Source of the DNA: Stramenopiles sp. TOSAG23-6
Taxonomy: Eukaryota
Direction: 5' to 3'
Assembly (NCBI GenBank): GCA_900128565.1
Contig: LT635934.1
Location: forward strand, 1 to 42,912
Length of the DNA: 42,912 nucleotides
Of this stretch, positions 10,815-20,054 are shown one piece after another. Under the pieces are notes generated by a model that did not search any database, was not told the origin of the DNA, and saw only the letters and a program-made list of their open reading frames with translations. Position numbers and translations under genes: made by a program. Numbering within the stretch: position 1 is the first letter of the stretch; the number at the start of each line of letters is the position of its first letter.

Positions 10815-13040
10815 TTATTTTATTGCTTCAATAATCATGATCTTGTGTCCAGACCAGCGACACATCATAGAGTGAACTTCTTCGAATGAGATCCAATGGC
10901 GTGGTCTCTGGCCCTTACGCGCAGTCAATAATTCACGATGAAAAATTGTAGTTTTACTTGCCTTAGTGACGTCATCATGGCTTGTATTATCACGGCTAAA
11001 TTCCTCCCATTCCCTCATGGCAAATATCATAGCGTAATGGTTTTTCCAATGGCCTATAAGTGCTGTACCCGATCGCGAAAACTCAGCTTTGAGCTGACCC
11101 CATAACCATGTTTTTTGCAAAGGTGAATCATTTGATTTTACTGAAAGAAAATTGATGTTTCCTTTACTTTTAATTGTATTTCGCAGTCTACCTGAAGTTC
11201 GACTGTTCATTGTCTTCCGTGTGATATTAGCTTTCGGCATTCTATACGCTTTTGCGCGTTCTCTTCTTAACAATACGGCGGTTCTAGCCTCACGTTTTGT
11301 TCTTTCTTCTGTGGTTTCATTTGTATTTATATCTAATAAATTACTTTGAGAACATTCTTCTGCATCTATTTGTGTATGTTTTTTCTCTGATTTGTTTTCA
11401 TCATCACTTGCTAACTTAGATTGTGTTACACATACAGTCTTGTCATTGATACTTGAAACCTTCTTCAGTTTCTTAGATGATTTCTTATTTCCATGAATAG
11501 CACCCATCAGGAGTTTCACTGTTACATTACTTCCTCCAGATGTTCCATTCATCTCCTTGATACATTCCAAGACTCCCCAATTTCCAAATGCTGCTGTTGA
11601 AGGACGGGGATTTGCATCTTCGGATACTTTCCAGTACCCAAGACTACTTTTAAGTATAGTGACAAGATCAGTTTTCCATTTCCATTTTTTTGAAGATATT
11701 TTAGATTTTCTTTTGTTATCTATTTGTACATTTGAGGTACAATCATCAACATCAGATTGATTATCACTTGATGTTGATTCATTTGCACAATCTCTCGGAG
11801 TACCATCTATTATATCATTTGAATCATTCTCACTACAAACAAGTTCATCTTCCATCAACAGTTCATGGATTCTTGAAAAACAGTCCCTTTCTCCATTTTG
11901 TTTTTGAATGGTGTTATCTTCAAAATGAATATCTGCAACACTGTTGTTTGTATTTGATAAAGTCCGTTGCTTGATTTCTTTTTGAATATCTGCAACACTG
12001 TTGTTTGTATTTGATAAAGCCCGTTGCTTGATTTCGTTTTGAACAATATTTACGATTAATCTATATATTTTCTTTCTACTGGCACCTTTAATCTTCTTTC
12101 CGCGAGTTAACCCAGCAGCTATATCATCTTTTGATAATGGGTGATATTTTGGCGCTTCAGGATCAATATCAATGACGCCAGGATATTGCTGTCGAAGAGA
12201 CATAACTAGAGGATGTAAATCAAGATATATTGAATGCTCAGCGTCAAGGAAAGATACAGGAAGTTTGCTGGTTTCATAAAAATATTTTGACATATCTAAC
12301 TGCTCCGTTCCAGTTGGGATACTCACATCAGATATTGTTTGAGTTTCGTTGAAACAAAGTATTTCAGTAGTTGTTCCCATAAGTCTTAAAAACCGTTGGA
12401 CTTTCTTCTTTATTCTTCTTCCTAATAAATCACGAAGAATACTTAAAGTGTCGTGGTGAGATGTAGCTTGCACGGCAGGTATTTCACATAAAGTGGATGC
12501 TGCTTTTCCATACTCAGAAGCAATAAACTTTTTCCCTTTAATTTCAATATTGGGCCTTAAAAGATAAAGCGAAGTGTTCCAAGCACCAGCTGAAGCAGAT
12601 GCACAACAACATGGACTTGGTTGTTTTACCCAGCCTTTAAAAGCAGCATGGTTGACGGAAATAGAAAATTTCAAGTATCGAGGGTCACTTCCGTCGACAC
12701 ACTTCGGGGTTGGGAAAAGAAGTGAACGCATTTCTTCTGGGTCAAGACCCTCTTTTACAGCAGTGTCACACTCAAACTTTGGTTGTTCGAATATTGCATC
12801 AATTGTTGCGTCAATGTTTACATCTTCCTGTATCTTAGTTGGCAAAATAGGTGGAATGATTTCATCAGAAAAATTTGAATTTACAAAGCTGAGAATAGAT
12901 AGACTTGGATTCTTTGGTTGCTCCAGAGCCAAATGGCGAACAATTTTTTTAAGGAGTTCATCTGCCCCACTTTTTGAAAAATATTCTTTATTCATGGCAC
13001 GATAGTGTTCTTCAATGTCATTTTTTACAGTTGGTAGCAT
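10815..13040 (-). CDS. Uncharacterised protein: N-terminal Dpy-30/RIIa-like docking motif plus a split papain/C39-like (BIVM-like) domain
   Basis: 741-aa ORF. EYFSKSGADELLKKIVRHLALEQPKNP resembles Dpy-30/RIIa. KQPSPCCCASA..AWN and HWKNHYAMIF resemble the Gln/Cys and His motifs of C39-like/BIVM folds. The domain call is by eye. Confidence 0.65.
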   Translation of the reverse strand: MLPTVKNDIEEHYRAMNKEYFSKSGADELLKKIVRHLALEQPKNPSLSILSFVNSNFSDEIIPPILPTKIQEDVNIDATIDAIFEQPKFECDTAVKEGLDPEEMRSLLFPTPKCVDGSDPRYLKFSISVNHAAFKGWVKQPSPCCCASASAGAWNTSLYLLRPNIEIKGKKFIASEYGKAASTLCEIPAVQATSHHDTLSILRDLLGRRIKKKVQRFLRLMGTTTEILCFNETQTISDVSIPTGTEQLDMSKYFYETSKLPVSFLDAEHSIYLDLHPLVMSLRQQYPGVIDIDPEAPKYHPLSKDDIAAGLTRGKKIKGASRKKIYRLIVNIVQNEIKQRALSNTNNSVADIQKEIKQRTLSNTNNSVADIHFEDNTIQKQNGERDCFSRIHELLMEDELVCSENDSNDIIDGTPRDCANESTSSDNQSDVDDCTSNVQIDNKRKSKISSKKWKWKTDLVTILKSSLGYWKVSEDANPRPSTAAFGNWGVLECIKEMNGTSGGSNVTVKLLMGAIHGNKKSSKKLKKVSSINDKTVCVTQSKLASDDENKSEKKHTQIDAEECSQSNLLDINTNETTEERTKREARTAVLLRRERAKAYRMPKANITRKTMNSRTSGRLRNTIKSKGNINFLSVKSNDSPLQKTWLWGQLKAEFSRSGTALIGHWKNHYAMIFAMREWEEFSRDNTSHDDVTKASKTTIFHRELLTARKGQRPRHWISFEEVHSMMCRWSGHKIMIIEAIK
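11926..12043. repeat. Coding tandem duplication, 2 x 57 bp (19 aa EIKQRxLSNTNNSVADIxx)
   Basis: TGAATATCTGCAACACTGTTGTTTGTATTTGATAAAG... recurs at 11926 and 11983. Confidence 0.9.
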
Positions 13041-13298
13041 GCGACAGCTATAAGTATATGAACTGACGAAAATAATACATACTACTTGCTTTTACTTCAT
13101 GGACCTCACCTCCTCAAATGTAGTACTACGGTAGTAGTAGCCTAGTAGCTGTTGACAAAAGTAGCAAATTTTTGATTCACGGTTACTTTTTGTTGTTTTT
13201 GACTACCGAAGTAAGTCGTGTCTTTTACGGGTTGTACGTTTATAGTACTAGACTGCTATAGATTGTCTGCACACAGGCCGCAACAACAGGTACAGCGA

Positions 13299-14240
13299 AT
13301 GTCAGCACCACCTCCAGATCCAGCAAGGCTTCCCAAGAATCAAGGCTACAGCTGGGGATCCTCAACGTCTATTTCCACAAAGCACGTTAACGGTAATATT
13401 GTTAAAACAACGATAACGAAATATAAGGTCACACTTACCGATGGTACTCTCTACGACTCGTGGGAGGAGGTAAAAACTGAAGATTGTGGTTCTGTGAAAA
13501 CAAAAGAAATGAGTGTAGTACCTGGAACAAAGGATAAAAAGAAACAAAGCGTAGCACCTCCAGATCCATCAAGACTTCCCAAGAATCAAGGCTACAGCTG
13601 GGGATCCTCAACATCTACTTCCACAAAGCACGTTAACGGTAATATTGTTAAAACAACGATAACGAAATATAAGGTCACACTTACCGATGGTACTCTCTAC
13701 GACTCGTGGGAGGAGGTAAAAACTGAAGATGGGGGTTCTGTGGAAAAAGAAGCTCTTGGTGTATTACCTGGAAAAGATGATCTTCAAAAACAATGCACTC
13801 TTTGCCTCAATAAAGGTTTGCCTTTAAATGAAAAGTTATTAAAATTTGTTTACTCAAAACATTCACAAAAAATCGGAGATGGGCAGTGTTATGCAACAGC
13901 TGCTGTAACTTTGTCTAGTATTGGTGCACGAGAAGCTCGTGGCTTCGATTTTGGAAAGAAGATAAAAGAGACTGAAATTTATCCTGGTGATATTATTCAA
14001 TTCAGCTGGGCTAAATTTAAAGGTAATAGTGTGGGAGGTGGTACGTATCAGAAAAATTGTGGAAATGCCGCTTCAAATGGAGCACATACAGCCATTGTTT
14101 ATTCTTACGATGTCAATACCCGATCTGTATGTACACTAGAACAGAATATGAATAATATATTAAAGGTATGCTTTGGTGGATATGCATTCGAGGACATGTA
14201 TGAAGGTAGTTTTGATGTATTTAGACCAGTTGCGAAATAA
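13299..14240 (+). CDS. Protein with two near-identical N-terminal repeats and a C-terminal CHAP/cysteine-proteinase-like fold (AIM3/BBC1 C-terminal-like)
   Basis: First ATG at 13299; the C-terminal domain carries IGDGQC, PGDIIQF, HTAIV and LEQN, a Cys-His-Glu CHAP-like arrangement. Confidence 0.7.
   Translation: MSAPPPDPARLPKNQGYSWGSSTSISTKHVNGNIVKTTITKYKVTLTDGTLYDSWEEVKTEDCGSVKTKEMSVVPGTKDKKKQSVAPPDPSRLPKNQGYSWGSSTSTSTKHVNGNIVKTTITKYKVTLTDGTLYDSWEEVKTEDGGSVEKEALGVLPGKDDLQKQCTLCLNKGLPLNEKLLKFVYSKHSQKIGDGQCYATAAVTLSSIGAREARGFDFGKKIKETEIYPGDIIQFSWAKFKGNSVGGGTYQKNCGNAASNGAHTAIVYSYDVNTRSVCTLEQNMNNILKVCFGGYAFEDMYEGSFDVFRPVAK
13307..13742 (+). repeat. Internal direct duplication of ~190 bp, period 246 bp
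   Basis: 13329-13484 and 13575-13730 differ at only 2 positions; both encode LPKNQGYSWGSST...WEEVKTED. Confidence 0.95.
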
Positions 14241-14407
14241 TCATTGGTATGATAAATTTATTATTTTAGCACAACATTTATAAGATTATTCGATAGAAAT
14301 GCCACCAATAATAAACTTCTTTAGTGTCTAATATTAAAGTAGCTTTCGCTTCAGATACTTTCTTATTATATCAGTATGCAATATATATAAAATAATATCT
14401 AGCTACG

Positions 14408-14839
14408 TTAATTTTCACTAATTTTTTTCATCCCTTCTTCGACCTCAGGTAGGCTTTCTTCACCCATCATCGTACGCGAGAGATCTATCCAATCTATTAT
14501 TGCAGGTATATGGTCCGTCTGATTAGGGGTTTCGTCATGGTTCCACTGGGTAATCGATTTGAAACAGCTCTTTGCTTGCCAAACACGCTGACCTTCGGAT
14601 ATTTCTGCTTCTGTCGCAAGACTTGGTTCCAATATTAATCCTGTAGTATTCTGTGGCAATGGATACGTTTTACCCACAAGTTCTCGTCCACGAAAAGAAG
14701 CACGCGATATTCCATCTTTTGAAGAGTGTCTTAGAAAGTAACCTGAAACTGGTGCTGGACCATTGTACTGAATTTTGCAAGGTAAGTGTTGTAATTCCTG
14801 TACTTCCGTGCTTCTGGAAACATGTACATTCACCGACAT
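14408..14839 (-). CDS. RNASEH2C: Ribonuclease H2 subunit C
   Basis: Motifs HLPCKIQYNGPAPVSGYF, ASFRGRELVG, FKSITQWNHDETP and W at the C-terminus. Confidence 0.9.
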   Translation of the reverse strand: MSVNVHVSRSTEVQELQHLPCKIQYNGPAPVSGYFLRHSSKDGISRASFRGRELVGKTYPLPQNTTGLILEPSLATEAEISEGQRVWQAKSCFKSITQWNHDETPNQTDHIPAIIDWIDLSRTMMGEESLPEVEEGMKKISEN

Positions 14840-15041
14840 CAAATAAAACTCAAATTATATGGGTAAGAACTTCGTGTATGAGTAGCTTCTATCTTCTTTT
14901 CAGTAGTTTGTCTTTTTATTCATTCAAATTTCAGATCAAAATACGTAATTATATTTAGGCTAATAGGCTACGTCCTTGCAATTGAGGCTTTTGACTGCCG
15001 ACTGTTCTTTTTGACTCTCAAAAATTGAAAATTCATCTCCG

Positions 15042-15094
15042 CCGCCAAAAAATTGATGATGCCTCGATTTTTTCGGGCAGACATGTTATTGCGC
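15042..15094. promoter_or_regulatory. E2F-like site (CCGCCAAA) plus TGTTATTGCGC motif in the divergent RNASEH2C/TOP1 promoter
   Basis: CCGCCAAA at 15042-15049 and TGTTATTGCGC at 15084-15094; the same pair occurs upstream of the CDK gene. Confidence 0.5.
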
Positions 15095-15221
15095 TCCCCG
15101 CAAAAGAGACCTCGTTGCTACAATAAAGCTCCTTATTTTCTGGGCATCAAGAAAGGAACAGCAGGAAGTTTAATTGGGTGGAGGAAACTGGTCGTGTCTC
15201 TTTCAATAATTGAATTTAGCA

Positions 15222-17634
15222 ATGCTTGACGAGTCCGATGATGATATTCCCCTCAGTATGATGTCGAAGAAAGTCAAGAAAAAGGAAAAACATGCCGACT
15301 CGTCTGATTCTGAAGATGATAAGCCCTTGAGTAAGTTGAGTGTTATTAAGCAAATTGGAAAAAAAGTGAAGAAAGAAAAACTTGTCACGAAGGATCAAAA
15401 TAGTAAGGTCTTTACTAGTCCAAGTGTTATTAAGCAAATTGGAAAGAAAGTGAAGAAGGAGAAAAAGGTGAAAAAAGAGAAAAAGCACAAGAAGGAAAAG
15501 AAGCACAAGAAGGAGAAAAAGCACAAGAAAGATAAAAAGCACAAGAAAGAAAAGAAATCATCCAAAAAACGATTATTATCCTCAATTTCGAAGAATTCTC
15601 CAAAAATAACAAAAAAACGACGAAAGAGTAGCACATCTAAAGGCAAGAGTGGTCCCCAGCGAAGCATGAAAGTGATAAATGAGACAGAAATGCTTGACGG
15701 CGCCATGAAAGCTCACAAGTGGTGGGAAGATCCACCTACTAAAGAGGTGATGGGAGATAATGGTGAAATGTTTTTGCCTCAGTGGTCTTCAATGGAACAT
15801 ATTGGTGTTATATTTCCTGAGGCGCACGATTACTCGTATGATGACAATGGTAATCGTGTCTGTATGAAATATGATGGTCAGGATGTTGATCTTACTCTTG
15901 AGCAAGATGAAGTTGCGTATTTTTACGCTAAATCTTTAACTGCGATGCAACTTCAAAAAGAAGAAACAGCAAAGATATTTAACAAAAACTTTTTTGCTGG
16001 TTTCAAGAAAGTTTTGGGTAGAGGCCACATAATAAAAGATTTCAAAAAGTGTGACTTCACTCCTATCAAAGCTAGGTTGGACGTGTTGCGTGACCGGAAG
16101 AAAGAATCCAGTAAAGCTGTAAAGAATGCCGAAAAGGAGAAACGCGCTGTGGTGCAACGTACGTATGGTTATGCTTTAGTCAACGGTCGTGTCCAACGAG
16201 TCGGAAATACTACTATTGAGCCTCCAGGACTTTTCAGAGGTCGTGGTATTCATCCTAAAATGGGAACTATTAAGAATCGTGTACCACCAGAAGCTATCGC
16301 TATTAATGTATCTCGATGTGCTGCTGTGCCGAAATGTCCCGTCCCAGGACATGCTTGGGGTGCTATCGTACACAAACCTGATGTCACATGGCTGGCTATG
16401 TGGAAAGAGAACATCAATGGCAGTGTTAAATATGTTTACTTAAATAGTGGTTCTGCATTCAAGGGAAAATCAGATAGATCTAAATACGAGAAAGCGCGAA
16501 AGTTGAAAAATTATATCTCGAAAATTCGCAAGGATTATCGAAAAAAACTTACTGCCAAAAATTTAGAAACTGCACAACTTGCGACAGCTATGTATGTTGT
16601 TGTTTTTTTCAATTTCGAATTTATTTTTTTCATACGAAATTTCGTACCTAACAAAAACAAAAGAAAATATTTTTTTACAATACATGTGGGTCATTGATGT
16701 ATTAGCACTTCGTGTTGGTGGAGAAAAGGGCGAAGACGAAGCTGATACTGTTGGATGTTGCTCTTTACGAAAGGAACATTTTACGTTTGAACCAACGGAG
16801 GATACACCATATCCTTCTGATATGTGTTTTACGCTTGATTTTCTTGGTAAAGATTCTATGCGTTATTTTGAAGTAATTGACTTAGGTACCGAACGACACC
16901 AGGTTGACGGTATTGGAGCCAAAGTGTTTGCTAATATTAAGAGATTTTGGAAAAAGGCCAAGAAACCTGGTGATGATATATTTGATAGACTCAATCCGTC
17001 ACTATTGAACGACCATTTAAGAAGTCTCATGCCTGGATTAAGCGCCAAGGTATTTCGTACTTTTAATGCTTCAATCACATTAGAAGAAAAGTTACCGCTT
17101 CGTATACCTTCTGATCTAGCTGGCGCTGAACAGTTGCTTATATATAATGCCGCTAATCGTGATGTGGCTATTTTATGTAATCATCAACGGTCGGTTCCTG
17201 CTAGTTTCGATAGTAGTTTCAAGAAGTTGAAAGATCGTGAAAAGTTGAAAAGCAAACAACTCTCCGAATTAAAGGAACATCTCAAGCGACGTAAAAAAGG
17301 TAAGGACATTAAACTACAGCCTAAGGAAATGCCAACTGATAAAGCAGAAAGAGCAAAAATCTCACATCTATACAAGTCTCAGCCAGATCCATCAAAGTTG
17401 CGCAATCGTATTGCAACATTCGAAAAACAGGTAAAGAATATGCGCGATAACATAAAAAACAAAGATGACAACAAGACAGTTTCTCTCTCTACATCAAAGA
17501 TTAATTATATGGATCCTCGCGTGACTGTTGCATGGTGCAAGCGTAATGAAGTTCCTATAGAGCGTGTATTTCCAAAAGCTTTGCAAGATAAATTTCCTTG
17601 GGCTATGAGTGTCCCTGAGTCATGGAGATTTTAA
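15222..17634 (+). CDS. TOP1: DNA topoisomerase IB; exons 15222-16591 and 16686-17634 (772 aa if spliced)
   Basis: Lys-rich N-terminus; EPPGLFRGRG.HPKMG; KYEKAR; catalytic ALRVG, FLGKD, KVFRT, CNHQ and INYMDP motifs all intact. Removing 94 nt restores QLATAM-WVIDVLALR. Confidence 0.93.
15339..15556 (+). repeat. Lys-rich coding repeats in the TOP1 N-terminus (SVIKQIGKKVKKEK x2; KKEKKH-type 18-bp units)
   Basis: Visible in both DNA and translation. Confidence 0.85.
16592..16685 (+). other. Non-canonical 94-nt intron (GT...AT, equivalently AT...AC at 16590-16683)
   Basis: GTATGT donor, CTAAC branch-like motif 16648-16652, T-tract and end TACAT. ATGT is duplicated at both junctions. Removal is required to restore the TOP1 frame and a conserved motif. 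Confidence 0.75.
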
Positions 17635-17967
17635 TTCTGGGTACCTCATACTATGTCATGCAGTAATAACAAACAAGGCTACTTTTTCTATGATGGTTCA
17701 TGTACACAGATGTATTTTCCAGTTTGAAGTAGAATTGTTTTTTACTTTTTTTTCTAATAAACGAATTGTCGCTTCATATCGATCTATATCTGAATAATGT
17801 AAGCAATTCTGCAACTTATTATTGTGTGGTGTACTACTTTTCGTGTTTTCACAAACCAAGGTTACTCATACTATTTCTACTATATTACAAGGAACAAGAA
17901 GAAAATTAGTAAAATTAAAAAAGACAAACTGAAAAGCTATTTTATTATCAAAAACGGAAGCTATAAT

Positions 17968-18588
17968 TTATGCAGTGAGTTTACTTATTACACCACTCAG
18001 CTGAGAAAACTGAATAGACTCCTCAAACTGCTTTGGTCTCTCTTGGTTATGGGCGTTAGGTGGAAAGCTCACAAGTTCACCGTTGGATTCCCAACCCATT
18101 TTAGCCACAAATGCACTTACATCTGATTCTTTCAAATCCAAACTGGTCTGTAACACATGGATAGGAATGTTGCGGTATGTGCACATGAGAACATTGATTA
18201 TAAATTCGCGCATGGCTTCTTCAAAACCAGCGACGTGAGGAATATTAGAATCTGCCATTTGCTTTGAGCTAGCCCAGAATTTAGCAAAGTTAGCTGATTC
18301 CAGGGAAGTGTTAAGCTCAGAAATCAATTTCATAGAAGGGTTTTCCATGAAAATATCTTCAGAGATAAGGTAATTAAGCTTGAGGAAATCATTATTTGGT
18401 TTCTGCATCAATGCCTTCAACAAGATAAGTACGATATTCTCAGTCTTCAAGTGCTCTGGAAACATGCGGTATAGTTTGACAATTGCCAAGTTTGTTTCAA
18501 TATCATATGTATTTTTATTCACCTGTTCCGTAAGTTCGCTTTCTAATCGATTCAAGTCATCCGGTCTCGGCAACGTTATGAGTGTCAT
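17968..18588 (-). CDS. EIF3K: Eukaryotic translation initiation factor 3 subunit K
   Basis: Motifs EQV...YDIETNLAIVKLY..P, ILLKALM..P..DF, LESANFAKFW, GFEEAMR.FI and ESIQF (CSN8/PSMD8/eIF3K-type PCI domain). Confidence 0.9.
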   Translation of the reverse strand: MTLITLPRPDDLNRLESELTEQVNKNTYDIETNLAIVKLYRMFPEHLKTENIVLILLKALMQKPNNDFLKLNYLISEDIFMENPSMKLISELNTSLESANFAKFWASSKQMADSNIPHVAGFEEAMREFIINVLMCTYRNIPIHVLQTSLDLKESDVSAFVAKMGWESNGELVSFPPNAHNQERPKQFEESIQFSQLSGVISKLTA

Positions 18589-18731
18589 TTTCCCAATTAT
18601 CGGTATGTTTTATCGAAAATATGTGTGACAATATTCTATTTTTATCCTATCCGAACTCGAGTTGTTGCGCTAATCTATATCCTTGGTCACAAAAACAATG
18701 TCTGACTGACGACTGACTTTCAATGCTATCG

Positions 18732-18750
18732 CTAGGGTTAGGGTTAGGGT
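18732..18750. repeat. Interstitial telomere-like repeat (telo-box) CTAGGG-TTAGGG-TTAGGG-T in the EIF3K/BRX1 divergent promoter
   Basis: Seen directly in the sequence. Confidence 0.8.
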
Positions 18751-18886
18751 CATAAAATTAAGAATTGTTAGATTTCGTGTGCAATCAAATTGGAGTCAGC
18801 AATCTCAAATCGAGAAACTTACTAGTTGTATCACGATTCAACAGTTATTAGAATATTATAGTAGTAGCACTTATTCTGGAAATAAA

Positions 18887-19876
18887 ATGTCTGCTTACAA
18901 AAGAGGATTAAAGCGCTCGGCGCCTCTACAGGTTGCGGAAGAAGATGATATAGATAATGAGTATGCAAAAAACAGAGCTGCTCGTCTGGATAAGGAGTTT
19001 GAAGAAGGAAAAGCGCGCAGGGCAAAGATTGCTGAGCGCCGTGTGCTTGTTTTCTCCAGTCGTGGCCTTGTCTCTCGTTTCCGCCACTTAATGCTTGATA
19101 TACGCAAACTTCTTCCTCACCACAAAAAGGAAGTCAAATTTGATCAGCGTAATAAACTCTATGAAATCACCGACATCTGTGAAGTAAAGAGCTGTAAAAG
19201 TTGCTTGTTTTTCGAGTGTCGTAAGAAGAAGGATCTGTACATGTGGTTGACCAAAGCCCCAAATGGCCCTTCTGTAAGATTCCATGTACAGAATATCCAC
19301 ACCATGGAAGAATTGAAATTTACTGGTAATTGTCTACTTGGATCTCGTCCTCTTGTCTGTTTTGATAAAGCTTTTGACAGTGCTCCACACTTGCAATTGA
19401 TCAAAGAGATGTTTACTCAAGTCTTTGCAACTCCAAACGGACATCCGAAGTCTAAACCTTTTGTTGACCATTCTATCAATTTTTTCCTTGCCGATGGAAA
19501 GATCTGGTTTCGACATTTCCAAATTGTCTCAGACAGTGAAAAAAGTGCTTTAAAGGCTTCGGGTAAAATTATTGAGGCTGAGAAAGACGATGTTGGTGGT
19601 GCAGCTGCTGCATCTTTGAAAGCTGGAGAAGGAACTGAACTAGTTGAAATTGGTCCACGTTTCTGTTTAGATATTGTGCGCATGTTTGCCGGATCTTTTG
19701 GTGGACCAACCATATATCAGAATTTTGCATACACTTCACCTAACGCAGTTCGACGTGAGATGCATAAAAAGAAGCAAAAATGTTATGGTAACAGAATTGA
19801 CCAAGTTGAAAAACGGCGTAAAAGAGCAGAAGAAAATGTTCTTCCAGAAGATGAACTTCAATCAGTATTTCAATAA
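18887..19876 (+). CDS. BRIX1: Ribosome biogenesis protein BRX1 (Brix domain)
   Basis: Motifs VLVFSSRG..RFRHLM.D..LLPH.KKE.K, FFECRKKKDLYMW, NGPS..F.V.NIHTMEEL..TGNCL.GSRP, EIGPRF and GSFGGPTIY.N. First ATG at 18887. Confidence 0.95.
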   Translation: MSAYKRGLKRSAPLQVAEEDDIDNEYAKNRAARLDKEFEEGKARRAKIAERRVLVFSSRGLVSRFRHLMLDIRKLLPHHKKEVKFDQRNKLYEITDICEVKSCKSCLFFECRKKKDLYMWLTKAPNGPSVRFHVQNIHTMEELKFTGNCLLGSRPLVCFDKAFDSAPHLQLIKEMFTQVFATPNGHPKSKPFVDHSINFFLADGKIWFRHFQIVSDSEKSALKASGKIIEAEKDDVGGAAAASLKAGEGTELVEIGPRFCLDIVRMFAGSFGGPTIYQNFAYTSPNAVRREMHKKKQKCYGNRIDQVEKRRKRAEENVLPEDELQSVFQ

Positions 19877-20054
19877 ATCATTAGTGTTCACGATTCAGTT
19901 GTACTTGAAGAATATAATAAAGTGCACAATTTCGAAATTGATAAGTTTTTGTGTTTTATTTTATATGTACAACAGAAAATAGGAGTATTTCTTTGAGAAA
20001 TATTACCTCTGTTGTATAAAGATTTGGATATTTATATAGTGTCACAGTGTTTTG

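Noticed and set aside
13307-13742. CRISPR-like or LTR-like direct repeats
   Set aside because: Two in-frame coding copies only, with no spacer array or retroelement features.
15216-15706. Hydrophobic repetitive minus-strand ORFs
   Set aside because: Antisense of the TOP1 lysine repeats.
16529-16663. Alternative GC-AG splice (C|GCAAGG to AAG 16663) that is in frame
   Set aside because: It would delete the conserved RKDY...QLATA helix and replace it with intron-like sequence.
16590-16683. U12-type (minor spliceosome) AT-AC intron
   Set aside because: Lacks the ATATCCTT donor and the TCCTTAAC branch consensus close to the acceptor.
16579-16697. Programmed ribosomal frameshift between the two overlapping TOP1 ORFs
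   Set aside because: It would insert ~31 low-complexity residues into a conserved core helix; donor, branch and T-tract signals favour an intron.
18732-18750. True telomere or chromosome end
   Set aside because: Only ~3 units, internal, and between two intact genes.
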